A stretch of 63,658 nt of DNA, counting the filler, from Octopus bimaculoides (taxonomy: Eukaryota), in the NCBI RefSeq assembly GCF_001194135.2. It is 7 parts of 6 records of this genome, joined end to end, with 100 filler letters (N's around TTAATTAATTAA, not from the genome) between each part and the next. Parts side by side here need not be neighbours in the genome. Positions count along the whole stretch, not along the records: positions 19,965 to 41,667 come from NC_068991.1; positions 41,768 to 47,085 come from NC_068983.1; positions 47,186 to 57,059 come from NC_069001.1; 4 more parts are not named here. One strand, given 5' to 3'. The notes beneath the pieces were generated by a model. That model was not told the origin of the DNA, did no database searches, and saw only the letters and a list, made by a program, of their open reading frames with translations. Positions 36,871-49,195 of this stretch are shown here, piece after piece (position 1 is the first letter of the stretch; each line of letters opens with the position of its first letter). Position numbers and translations under genes: made by a program.

Positions 36871-37574
36871 TGAGGGGCAGTAGTGTCAGATATTTGAGGT
36901 TAAATATTTACACCAGATATTGACACTTTCGTTACAACATTTGCAATAACATGTAGAGACATACCTGTTTTACATGATAAAGATGATTGGCTGTTGAAGT
37001 GAACCGAAATGGGTCCAAGTCACGGAATTGGTTAACTGCTTGTCTTTGTCCGTCATTCAGTGGGTCATTGAAGTAACTGAGTAACAATTAAGTAGTGCTG
37101 TTTAAGTATAAATAAATACCGAGTTGTTCACCTTGGTTATACACAACTCTACGTCGGTTACAATCACGAGCAATAGTTGTTCACAATCTGTATCCTGAAG
37201 GTGCAATAATGGATTCATGAGTGGCAGTATGGCTGTGTTTAAGAAGTTTACTTTGCTGTTAAATATATCTAGGTGTGATCTCATTATGGTATCTTAGACA
37301 AGTTTCCAATACAATAGCCTCGGTTGACCAAAGTTTTGTGAATGCTGTTTGGTCAGTGTGATCTCATAAGAACAGCCGTTTCTGTCTTGTGTGGTAACAC
37401 ATCACTTGGCCACATAGTGACTCTTCTGTGGTAAACTAATTAAAAGCATTTCATCCCAGTTTCCAGAGAAAGGATAATTTTCTCTGTTCACAATTTCACC
37501 CAGGAGGTCCTGGTTATTGGCACTGCCCCTCCACCTCTGGCTACGCGATAAAGAAATACGTCTAATAATATGAG

Positions 37575-37800
37575 TTGCAAAGGCAGTGGACTGACAGAAT
37601 CGTTAGCATGCCGGGCAAAATGCTCAGCGCATTTCGTTCCTCCCCACGTTCTGAGTTCAGTTTCCATCGAAGTCAACTTTGCTTTTCTTCCTATTGGAGT
37701 CGATAAAATAAATATCAGTCGATCCCTGGGGGCCTTGAATCAACTTACCCCCTACTCCGAACATGCCTGCCATGTGCCAAAATTTGAAACCAATAATATG
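37575..37800 (+). mobile_element. SINE family A
   Basis: ggcagtggactgacagaatcgttagcatgccgggc..ttctgagttcag..tttgcttttcttcctattggagtcgataaaataaa. Confidence 0.8.
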
Positions 37801-40229
37801 AATTGCTGTAAAACACAGACTGACTTTGAACTGCAATGTAATAATCAAATATCAGATTACACAGGTTGATAAAAAATGCATTTAATTAAAAACACATGAA
37901 GATAATCATTAAGTGATTATATTTCTCTATAATTTAATTAGTTATTTCTGTAAATTAATGATTGAAAATCTCAAATATGTAAGAGCTTATAGTGAGTTTT
38001 ATAAATGACCTCAGTAAATTACTGGGTTCTTCAGTCGATTCCAGGGGTATTTAAAATTTTAAAGACTAACTTTACTGAAAACAATAATGTATTTTGTCTA
38101 TACACACAAATGTATAATACATGCATATANNNNNNNNNNNNNNNNNNNNNNNNNNNNNNNNNNNNNNNNNNNNNNNNNNNNNNNNNNNNNNNNNNNNNNN
38201 NNNNNNNNNNNNNNNNNNNNNNNNNNNNNNNNNNNNNNNNNNNNNNNNNNNNNNNNNNNNNNNNNNNNNNNNNNNNNNNNNNNNNNNNNNNNNNNNNNNN
38301 NNNNNNNNNNNNNNNNNNNNNNNNNNNNNNNNNNNNNNNNNNNNNNNNNNNNNNTATATATAGGTGAAGGTGCATGGCTCAATGTGTGTTTGTGTGTGTG
38401 TGTGTATGCATTATTTATATATTGCCCATCCTGTGTTTCCGAGTGTTAAACCTCTTTTCTTTCATCGTGTGAAGGAGCTTCATACTCGTAGTGAATTGTT
38501 TATTGATAAATCTTTCTAGACAGTCGGAAGGTAATTCCAATTCTTGTGGATACATTATAAAAGTTCATTAAGTTTTCTATGAGGTTGGATTTGCTAGAAT
38601 CTAATTTAATGTGGGTCAAGAAAATGAACTTCTTTAAACGTTAATGTTGATAATCTGTGAATACATTAATGGCATGTTTCGTAAATAGGTTGGCTGGTTA
38701 TTCATGTTGGTTGCATTAAGAGACAATGATCTCTCTAATACCCACGTCACAAAAATCTTAACTTTTGCGTGTACCAAGTGTAATATCGAGAGAAATGATA
38801 ATTCACAAACATCTGCCCCCGTGTCTTTTGATCCAATGTTTACATCAAAAGAGGAATTACAATTTGCCTTTCTCTGCAGACTATCGTCAAAATATTATAG
38901 CCATTTTCTGCCATGCATCATAATTTTAATGTCAAATTCACAACTGGGAATGTGGTTGCTAGCTTAAGTCAATGTCTGTGAAGTAAGGGTTCGATAATTA
39001 AAAAGTTATTTTTTATGTTCTCCAACTGGATGGATTTATATGAGAGTTTATTATTGATACTATAGAAACATTTAGATAATGGTACATTGGAACTTTTCAG
39101 AATTTTTTTAATTGAAATTGTTTTGAAGTTTGTTTAATTGACTTTTAGTTGTGTTGTAAATCCTTCAACAGCTATCGAATTACAGATGACTACGGTTTCA
39201 GTACTTTCTATCAATATCCCTTTCTTCAGCGGGGCCGTGCAACATTGATGTCACGAAGGAATCTTTGGGTTCTCTCGGCTATTATTATTATAATACTTTT
39301 CTTCGCCCCGTCATTATTGCAGCCACCACATTAAACAAGAAGCAGTATACAGAAATCATTTCATTTTACTACACGTTGGAGACTTCTTATTTGATGTCAG
39401 TTTTCCTTTCCATTTCACGTACATCAATATCATGATGAAGCATTGTACCTATTTTCTTTAATGCATCAAACTTTCACCAACCGCCGCCCCACAATTATTT
39501 CTAATTTTGGTACTTGCTAAGTAAGACACTGTGTACCAAGCTGCAAATGCACAATATCCCACCACCACTGTATGTTACTCTGCCTGCCGTCAGATACCCA
39601 CACAATTACCCAAGTTCATTATCAGTAAGATACTTCCTTTTGTGTACCCACTCATGACATACTTATATCAACTATGAGAGATATTTTAGTAACCTGAAAA
39701 ATATTGTAAAATCGGGGAATTGGTTAATTATAAAATGATTTGCAATAACAATCTTTAAATACTCCTATATATGAACATTATTCGGAAGCTTTTCTTTGCT
39801 GTTTTCTTTGTTTACTTATAGTTTGTGTAAATACAAACGGTGTCTCTTGGTGTTGATTTTGTTAGCATCGATAATGCCCTTTTCCTTAAATGAACTAGCA
39901 GAGATGTTGAGAACTTAGTATATATTCAATAAACTTCTGCAATGCTTGCACGATACTTGAATATCTCAAAGGATGCGTAACTTCCATTTTATTAACATTT
40001 ATTTCTATCATACGACTTCACTGTTTCATTTTGTTCGGTTTTGAAAGCACATCCACACTGATTTCAGGAGAATATCTGTGCAGACGTTTACAGAGCGGTT
40101 GTTCCATACCACAGACTCATCGCATCTCATGTGCACTTTCTTTTCAATTTCACAATGCAATTTGTAAACTTCCTCTTTAATCTAGAGAATTTGTTTGCAC
40201 CATCGACCATTTTCAGAGTAATTTCCATT

Positions 40230-40447
40230 AACATTGTTAAGTTTGATTTCTCACAAATGTTATAGTTTCCGCTGACCAAAATATATTTTGGGCTTAAACA
40301 CGAAGAACTTATATAAGGCTTATGCAAAAGGAACGCTTGGAAAATATTTTGATATCAAATATCAATACATTACGTAAATATACCAATGAGTATTTCCACA
40401 TCAACACTCTAAATTAATGAGTAGCTGCATTTCTTCTTGGAAACATC
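40230..40447 (-). mobile_element. hAT transposase C-terminal dimerisation-domain relic
   Basis: DVEILIGIF...(K)RSFCISLI*VLR resembles the NVEIALRIF...ERSFSKLKLIKN.LR motif. Stops present; cut by an N gap. Confidence 0.4.
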
Positions 40448-41057
40448 NNNNNNNNNNNNNNNNNNNNNNNNNNNNNNNNNNNNNNNNNNNNNNNNNNNNN
40501 NNNNNNNNNNNNNNNNNNNNNNNNNNNNNNNNNNNNNNNNNNNNNNNNNNNNNNNNNNNNNNNNNNNNNNNNNNNNNNNNNNNNNNNNNNNNNNNNNNNN
40601 NNNNNNNNNNNNNNNNNNNNNNNNNNNNNNNNNNNNNNNNNNNNNNNNNNNNNNNNNNNNNNNNNNNNNNNNNNNNNNNNNNNNNNNNNNNNNNNNNNNN
40701 NNNNNNNNNNNNNNNNNNNNNNNNNNNNNNNNNNNNNNNNNNNNNNNNNNNNNNNNNNNNNNNNNNNNNNNNNNNNNNNNNNNNNNNNNNNNNNNNNNNN
40801 NNNNNNNNNNNNNNNNNNNNNNNNNNNNNNNNNNNNNNNNNNNNNNNNNNNNNNNNNNNNNNNNNNNNNNNNNNNNNNNNNNNNNNNNNNNNNNNNNNNN
40901 NNNNNNNNNNNNNNNNNNNNNNNNNNNNNNNNNNNNNNNNNNNNNNNNNNNNNNNNNNNNNNNNNNNNNNNNNNNNNNNNNNNNNNNNNNNNNNNNNNNN
41001 NNNNNNNNNNNNNNNNNNNNNNNNNNNNNNNNNNNNNNNNNNNNNNNNNNNNNCACA

Positions 41058-41103
<46 letters not shown>

Positions 41104-41767
41104 TGTATTTATGTCTTGCAAATATTTACCTATATACGTATATTGTCTGTACGTATGCATCTGTGTATTTTGATGTATATACACATGTCGTAGTCTAGTT
41201 TGCGTATATACTGTTGTAATTTTATTTTTATTTTTAATGCAGCGTAAATTTTATTTAATTTTAATGTGTTAATTCGAATATAATTAATTATTTACAATAT
41301 GTATTTTGAACCCATTTTTCAATTTAAGGTTTTCTTCGATTATTTTCAAATAGGATGAATCTATATTAAATTCATTTGCTTTGTTCATTTCACACCCAAG
41401 ACCGTTATTTGAAAGGACCAATGAAACAGATCCATGTGTTTTAAATTTTATATTAGTTTTGATTGCATCGTCATTTCTTTCCCATTTCTAGCAAAACTGT
41501 CCGATGAACGGGAACGTGAAACTCCGAGTAACAATCTTTTGTCATATTTCTGCTGCTTTTAAATAAAGCATATTACTCTACCTCTGGTAGAGTAATATAT
41601 AATATATACATTAATACAGTAATATATAATCTATACATTATATATATATATATATATATATATAAATNNNNNNNNNNNNNNNNNNNNNNNNNNNNNNNNN
41701 NNNNNNNNNNNTTAATTAATTAANNNNNNNNNNNNNNNNNNNNNNNNNNNNNNNNNNNNNNNNNNNN

Positions 41768-41778
<11 letters not shown>

Positions 41779-41801
<23 letters not shown>

Positions 41802-42180
41802 TCATTATTTCTGAGCAATATTCTTTGTTCATCTGGTAGATGAACTTGCAGTCTCACTATTGCAGGTTTTCTTTCATGAATTGAAAATCCTAAAATGGAT
41901 ACAACTGCTTTGAGTGGGCCAATATACCTACCCATTAGATATTGACTAATTTCGTTGTCATTGTTTATATGAACAGCAGCTCAGTCATTTCTTTTCAGCA
42001 TGTACTTAATGACAAACTTAATTTATTACACTGTGGTAACGATTTAAATGTTGCAGTGGCACTTGAATGCTCTTAACATAGTTCCATTATAAGGTACAAC
42101 CCATTTGTTGTTGTTCATTTTTCCAATTCTATGAGATTCAACTCCTCCCGCTGCAAGTAATCTTCTGCTTTTTGATTAAA
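41779..42180 (-). mobile_element. Helitron RepHel relic (region C-terminal to the Rep core)
   Basis: NNKWVVPYNGTMLRAFKCHCNI...IKFVIKYMLKRND...NEISQYLMGRYIGPLKAVVSILGFSIHERKPAIVRLQVHLPDEQR matches the Helitron signature DNRWVVPYN..L...HINVE...IKY..KY..KG.D...GRYIS..EA.WRI..F.IHER.P.V..L.VHL..Q. Confidence 0.85.
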
Positions 42181-42515
42181 GCGATAAGATTAATATTTCA
42201 TTTTAAATAAAATAGCTATTTTCCCCTTTAAGCAAAAGAAATCAAGTACCCATGATACAAAAATATCTCATAAAAATATGGGGAGTATCTCTATCTTTTA
42301 AGTCCATGGTGCTCTGAAAGCTGTATAAATGATTAAGGGAAGGAAAAAGAAAGTAAGAAAAAAGGACAGACAATGGTGACTGACACGACTCTTTGAAATG
42401 CCAACATTTTCAACTTGATTTTTTTTTTTTTCTTAAAGGGGAAAATAATTATTTTATTTGTAATCTTTATCATCTTAATCAAACAGCAGGAAATCAGACA
42501 AACTTGGAGTTTTAG

Positions 42516-44093
42516 TATAGGTTTTTTGCTTTCATTTTCGTACTGTCTGTCAGTCAATTTGATGATTGGGTCATTCAAAGTCACAAAAAATATTAGCACC
42601 ATGAAGCTAGTCAGTCAAATTTGTTATGCAATCATTCAATTTCACACTTCGGTCAAAGAATTTAGCATTTATATCATTCAAATTAAAATGCCCATTGAGA
42701 GCATTCAAATTACTCAGAATGCAAGGAAGCATCTTTTTGAGCATTCAAGTTTATTTCAGAGCAATCTATTTAACATTTCGAACGATCAAATTAGCACAAT
42801 AGCTGTTTTGGTTTTATCTCATGATCATTGTTATCATTATCATGTGTTTTCATCCATTGTTTATGCTTTAAGCATTCAGTCTATGAATTCTTTTATTTTT
42901 GCATAGATACATGTATTTATCATTAAAGGCTTCATGAAATTGCATTCCAGCCTTTTCAATCTTTTTAAAGAAACTCACAATTATAACAAATGCTCATTTT
43001 CTTTGATTTTGAATGCATTATGTTGCGATATGTGTTCTTCCTTTGCATTATATGTCTTGTCTGGAAAAATATGTATTTCTTTGATTTTGAATTTTGTCTT
43101 TCATTGATTTACAGTCTTGATAGGGAGAGTTCATTTGAGAGGATTTAGCTATCTATTTCCTGGTGGTTGAGGCATCTCAGGAGGTAGGTCTTGGTGTGTC
43201 TATACCAACAAGCACAATTTTCTGGAGTGATAGCGTTGATGTTATGCCTTGTGACCTGTTGTATGACATGTGCTTGCCATTCTTCCATGGTCATTCTGGC
43301 TTCTTCTGCAGCTGCCCAGTCGCCAACCTTTTGCTGCAAATCAGTTCAAGTGAGGTTCCACCTGACAGCCACCGTAAATAAAGAGTACACCATTTCCATA
43401 CGATCAAGAAACTGCAAGTAGGGAGGCAAGATTTTCAGGCTAATCCATGGATTGCTGGGAGGTCAGCATGAACGTGTGGCCGCTTGTTGTCGTAAATCAA
43501 GTAGATGGATTTATCCGCTGGGAACATGTCAGCACATGTTGAACTGTTTCTGCCAAGAACACTTTGAAAGAGTTTTGTCTGAAAATATTGTCAGCAATGG
43601 ACTGGTGAACGAGGCTGATTTCTTCCAACACTGCACAAGTGACATTGCAGTTTTTCCTATGTTACAAATGTTGCAATGAAAAAGGATTTCGTGCACAGAA
43701 GAATCACGTAATTTATTTCTTCCTTGTAGCTATAACAACATAAGATTTGCATGACAAAACATGTAATTTAAATTTGTCACTTTTAACATTCACTTCTTAG
43801 AAGGTGAGTAAAAAAAACACAGATGTAAAATTAGTGCTAAATTGAATAAATGTATTCCAAACTGGTATGCTCATGTGCAAATTTGAATGCTTGAGAAGAT
43901 GCTTCCTTACATTCAGACTAATTTGAACACTCTCAAATGGCATTTTAATCTGAATGATATAAATGCTAAATTCTTTGACCAAAGTGCGAAATTCAATGAT
44001 TGAAAAATGAATTTGAATGGCACTAATTTTTCTTGCGATTTTGAATGACCCAATTTTCAAATTGAACAACAAACGTATAAAAATGACTGCAAA

Positions 44094-44100
<7 letters not shown>
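42516..44100 (-). mobile_element. IS630/Tc1-like (DDE_3 type) DNA transposon relic with about 240-bp inverted terminal regions and TA flanks
   Basis: 42516-42760 and 43865-44100 are diverged inverted copies, both beginning TATAG(G)TTTTT(T)GC. Internal 43145-43680 on minus gives VFLAETVQHV, IYLIYDNKRPH, KILPPYLQFLDRME and ITPENCACWYRHTKTYLLRCL. Confidence 0.8.
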
Positions 44101-44156
<56 letters not shown>

Positions 44157-44168
44157 CATATTTATGTA

Positions 44169-45957
44169 CTAGCAGAAATACCCAGCGATGTCCGGATTGA
44201 AGAGAATAATGAAATTTAAAAACGCCCTCTAGATTACGCAAATCTCAACTGCTACTAGTTGCTGAGATACCAATTTTCTACATTGATAACTCTCCAATTC
44301 ATGCCAGCATGGAACATAGACGTTAAGTGACAACAGTTTCTTCAATGGCTCTGGAGGTTAGGGTATTGCAGAAAGTTTAACCATTCCACCACTGTAGCAC
44401 AGTGCAGGTGTCTCTCCAGACTACTTCTTTGTTTTACAATATATGCACTCAGTTGTCATTGCACCAATGGAAATTCTAGTGTCATCTATATAATGAATTG
44501 CGGGATCATAATTGAAAGCTGCTTCCTAGAAGTTGCTTCTCTGAGCTATTGCAACTGCTCTTCGTTCTGCAGTGGAGATCCTATTCCTTGTCAGCTGTGC
44601 ATACCTCTGTTCATCACTTTGTGATGCTCTGACTTTTGTAGTGCACAGTGTTTGTTTCTTGGTATGCTCCCCTTTCTGCAGCTGTCTCTCTTTCCTTGGA
44701 CAGAGACATTCTTTTGGCTGACCCTGACATCGTTGACAAATTTGACACTTTCCTTCTAGGTATGGTTATATATGTATGCAGAAGATAGTAAACAAGGAAA
44801 ATAAGTGGATAACAGAAATTATTTTTCTTAATACGACAGACAGACAGTAAATAAGAAATTTTTACAGAAAATAAAGAATTGTATGGGTTGAAGCGAAATC
44901 TGTCAGTAGACCAAAGAGCCAGTATCAAATGAACAAGAAAAATGCCGTTAACAACTGAAAAACACAAAACCGTTGCAAAAGTAAATAAGAAATTTTTAGG
45001 GAAATTAACTAAGTGTATGAATTTAAGTGAAACTATTCAAGTTACTTCTGTTAGTAGATTATGAACTTACTTTTATGAGTAATTCCAACAACAACAACAA
45101 AAAAGCAACACAAAACGTTGCAAGAGTAAACAAGAAACTTGTAGGCAAATTCAATGAAGTGTACGGATTAAAGTGAAATTTATGAAGTTAATTTTGTCAG
45201 TAAATTATGTATGAAATAACTTTCATTAGTGATTGTGAAGTTCTTTGAGTCAGTAATTTGTCGTTGTTGTTTGCAAATAGCAATTGAAAACTTACAGGGA
45301 AAACAATAGCAATTGAACTGAAAGTGAAAACAATACAGAGTGAGTGAGATATAGAGAGAGAGGTAGCTAGTTAGACAAATAAGATAGATATAGATAGAGA
45401 AGATATAGACAGATAAATACAGAGACATAGATAGATATAGAGATGGATAGTGAGATATATATAGAGAGAGCTAGCTAGTTAGATAAATAAGATAGATATA
45501 AATAGATAAGATATAAACAGATAAATACAGAGACATAGATAAATATAGAGAGATAGAGATAGATGGGCAAAGAGATATAATCAGAGAGGTATAGACGTCA
45601 CTGATGCAAGAAAACCGAAAGTAAATATTAAAAAAACTTCGAAAGACGTGAATCTAATATAAAAAGCAATGTTTTATATCTTTTTTTATGACCAATGGAT
45701 GTAAGGGAGAAAATTCCTGAAAGTTATTTCGCAAAGAGTTACTTCCCTTCTGTGCGCAACCCAGGATTAGATGTTTTCTGCCTTTAGGGGGCCCATAACT
45801 CATTATGTGAAAACTTTTAAGAATCTAAAGCCATCCCTGAGCATAAGTGATGTATGTTCCAAGTTTGGAGAAAACCAGTTGAAAAATACAGCCGTCATAA
45901 TCATTTGCACACCTATACAGACAGAACGGGATTTATTTTGTATATATATGTATAGGA
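44169..45957 (-). mobile_element. Internally deleted Helitron with both ends (5' TC about 45957; 3' CTAG at 44169-44172) carrying a RepHel N-terminal fragment
   Basis: 5' end TCCTATACATATATATAC...CTGTCTGT. 44360-44530 translates as AAFNYDPAIHY..ISIGAMTTECIYCKTKK*SGETPALCYSGGMVKLSAIP*PPEPLKKLL (Helitron N-terminal Cys region). 3' end CCGGACATCGCTGGGTATTTCTGCTAG followed by T. Confidence 0.75.
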
Positions 45958-45964
45958 AGAATCC

Positions 45965-46076
45965 ACAAAAAAACAAAAGACGAAGACAGGTGGTGTAGAC
46001 AACAAACAAATGTATTAGTTTAACACTCGGGAAGTGAAAAAGTCTTTAACGTTTCGAGCCTACGCTCTTCCACACA
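45965..46076. repeat. Dispersed repeat shared with 1525-1640 (Penelope-type terminal fragment)
   Basis: Near-identical 65-bp core; ends in acgtttcgagcctacgctcttcc. Confidence 0.55.
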
Positions 46077-46726
46077 AAGAAACAGAGAGGGAATATATAT
46101 ATATATATATATTGTTAGATAGATATACTAATGTAAGTACTTTGTGTATTTTCCAGTGGCTGCAATGGTGTAGCAGTGTATATAACTCTCATGTCGCCGG
46201 TGTTAAACACCTTAGAGTCATGGATAGGCAAGATAACTCACCCTCAATCCCATTTGGGAGTGATGGACATCGATGCTTCACCATTTTTGTGGCTTATCTA
46301 GACTACCTACCCACCTGGGTTGAAGGCCAGTCAGCTAGCCAGTCCAACGACTTATATGCCCATGGCTTGTAAAATCATAAGTTGGTATGCTCGGAAATTG
46401 CATACCTAAGGGAAAATTTACATTGGAAATAAAAACAGCTCTAATATAATAAATATTGTTAAATACATATACTAATGTATATGCATTGTGTATTTTCCGG
46501 TGGCTGCAATGTCGTCGCGGAGTATATAACTCTCATGTTACCAGTGTTAAAATGCCTTAGAGCCATGGATAATACACAAAGCATATACATTAGTATAAGT
46601 ATTTATCAGTATTTATTATACTAGAGCTGCTTTTCTTTCTCTTTCCCGTTGACACTCCTTTCAGATATACAGGCCCCACACACACTCTCTCACATTTCCC
46701 TCCATTCCTCACCCTCTTTTACTGTC

Positions 46727-46764
<38 letters not shown>

Positions 46765-47032
46765 CCAGCCCTACACATTCAATAATACTATAAAAAGAGA
46801 CAGATCCTCTGAAGTGAAATCATATTTGAAGAACCTACAAGAATAGATGCAAGCACTAATATTTGTAAAACATGTGATATATTAATAAAAATCTGTAAAT
46901 GTACAACTATCCAGATATATAATCCAGATATATAATTCCTGTATATCACCTCCAAACCTTCCAATATATATATATATGTACATATACACATATGCACCCA
47001 TATATTCATATATCAATATATGTAAATGTAAA

Positions 47033-47085
<53 letters not shown>

Positions 47086-47185
47086 NNNNNNNNNNNNNNN
47101 NNNNNNNNNNNNNNNNNNNNNNNNNNNNNTTAATTAATTAANNNNNNNNNNNNNNNNNNNNNNNNNNNNNNNNNNNNNNNNNNNN

Positions 47186-47200
47186 GGGTATTTCTGCTAG
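47186..47200 (+). mobile_element. Helitron 3' terminus (same family as 44169)
   Basis: GGGTATTTCTGCTAG followed by T, identical to the reverse complement of 44169-44183; the rest is lost in the join. Confidence 0.6.
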
Positions 47201-47274
47201 TACATATATAAAATTGCCAATTCCAGCAAATTTTGTACTTCTACAAAGCAATACTTTGTTTTTCAATATGCACA

Positions 47275-47665
47275 GGCATGGCTGTAGGCACAGGCATGGC
47301 TGTGTGATAGGAAGCTTGCTTCCCAACCACATAGTTTCAGGTTCAGTCCTACTGTGTGCTACCTTGGGCAAGTGTTTTATACTATAAGCTTTTGGCCAAC
47401 CAAAGCCTCGTGAGTGGATTTGGTAGACAGAAACTGAGAGAAACCTGTCATATATATATATATCTATATGTGTGTCTGTTTGTCACTCCATCACCACCTG
47501 ACAACCGGTATTGGTGTGCTTATGTTCCTGTAACTTAGCAGTTTTGGCAAAACAGACCGATAGAATAAGTACTAGGTTTTAAAATAATAAGTGCTGGACT
47601 TGATTTGTTTGGCTAAAACTTTTCAAGGCAGTGCTGCAGCATGATTGAATCAAGTAAAAGAATGT
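47275..47665 (+). mobile_element. SINE family B, CpG-decayed full-length copy
   Basis: Colinear with 59085-59470, but CG appears as TG or CA at matching positions. Confidence 0.85.
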
Positions 47666-47959
47666 CAAATAATTGGCATCTGTGGATAGAATGCAAGGAA
47701 GTGCTATTTCTACACAGTCTTCCCTACCAAGCTATATAACCCTGGGTCATATCAACATAGTAGTCAGTTGGAAAATTAAAATTCTCCAGTTTTCCTTGTC
47801 TGTTTTTCAAGTTCATATTTTATCTGCCTAGGGATTAGTGACGACCTCTGAAATTCAAGTATTTCCTCAAAATTTCAGATGTGTTTGAAATTTAATGTTT
47901 GTTTTGAGAAAATGTATAAAGTATTATGAATTTGCAGTTTTCACAAAAGAAACCACGAC

Positions 47960-48280
47960 AATGTTTTTTCATCCATTTTAGAGGTTGATAAAATAAAGTA
48001 CTTATCAAGTACTGGGGTTGATGTAAGAAACCATTTTAGGTGTGTGTGTGGTGTGGTGGAATAATTTTTCTTTTGCAATGTGCTGACCCCTAAAAACTCT
48101 TATTCATGGTAAGCGTATATAGTTAAGATAGCAAAAAAGAAAAAAAACCCAAAATGTGAAAGCATTGAACAAAATGCTTTTCAGTGTTTGATCCTTTTCT
48201 CTGAATTCTGAGTTCAAATCCTACCAAGGTCAACTTTGCCTTTCCTTCTTTTGAGGTCAATAAAATAAATAATCAGTATA
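47960..48280 (+). mobile_element. Two decayed SINE family A fragments
   Basis: ttcatccattttagaggttgataaaataaagtac (about 47968) and ttctgagttcaaatcctaccaaggtcaactttgcctttcc (about 48207). Confidence 0.65.
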
Positions 48281-48635
48281 AGATGGGAGCTTGACAGAAT
48301 TGTTAGTGTTGGATGGGATGCTTTGTGGAATTCTGGCTCATTGTGTTGAGTTGTTGGTTGGTAGACTTAATCAGTTTCCTTATTTAATACCATTGTCTGT
48401 TTATGGATGTCTTTCACAAAGTTAAGTCAATTGCAAGCATTCAGGTTAAGTTCCTAGTTACAGAAATAACCTTTTCCCACTAATCTCAAAGGTGATGAAA
48501 CATAAATGGGCATGGGCACTTCCTTTCCCAACACAATTCAATGGTACCAAACATATATACACATATCAGTGTGTATAACACTCATAATGTGTACACAAAC
48601 ATGGAATGGTAACTGTCCCATCTCAAAAAAGCATC

Positions 48636-48801
48636 TTAATTCTTTAGCATTTAAAGCGGTCACCTTTGTAATGTCATTCTAATAAACAACCATCACATCA
48701 TTGAAATTTTGAAGCTATGGGATAATGCTTATTTATTCACAAAACAGTGTAAATAAATAAGCATTACATTTGACAGAGTAATCTGAATGCTAGAAGGTTA
48801 A
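48636..48801. mobile_element. piggyBac-type MITE (TTAA at both ends, short imperfect TIR)
   Basis: TTAA-TTCTTTAGCATT ... AATGCTAGAAGG-TTAA. Confidence 0.55.
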
Positions 48802-49195
48802 AGAGAATTGTATGCCAAAAATAAAAGTACTGCTTAGAATGCTGCCAGACCACATCAGTGATGGTGCTTCAATTTGACTTGGTCCCCATAGCTTTTACAC
48901 AAACCACTGGATGTTTTGTTTACCAATTTCTGTAATGGAACAAGCATTTCTTCAGCTTAGCTTAATACATCTAGGGTGTTTTCCTTCCATAAATGTATGC
49001 ACTGTTCATCTACATAAGATTGTTTTGGGGTTAAATTTATTACCCCCCACCCCCACACACATACACATATACAAGAATTAGATTTAAAGATCTTATTACA
49101 TTAATCAAAAACTTTAAATTTAGTAATAGATCCAATAAAATTCCCACAACTTTTTCAAAACTCTCCTAATAATAATAATAATAATAATCATCATC

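Noticed and set aside
37134-37196. Candidate 63-nt minus-strand exon DTDCEQLLLVIVTDVELCITK
   Set aside because: Weak donor (GTGAAC), no homology recognised and no linked exons.
38700-40120. Complex non-microsatellite sequence that may be further transposon or gene remnants
   Set aside because: I could not assign any motif in six frames; it needs a RepeatMasker or TBLASTN search.
41779-45957. A single autonomous Helitron interrupted by the IS630-like element
   Set aside because: A Helitron 3' terminus at 44169 lies between the N-terminal and Rep-region fragments, so they come from two separate copies.
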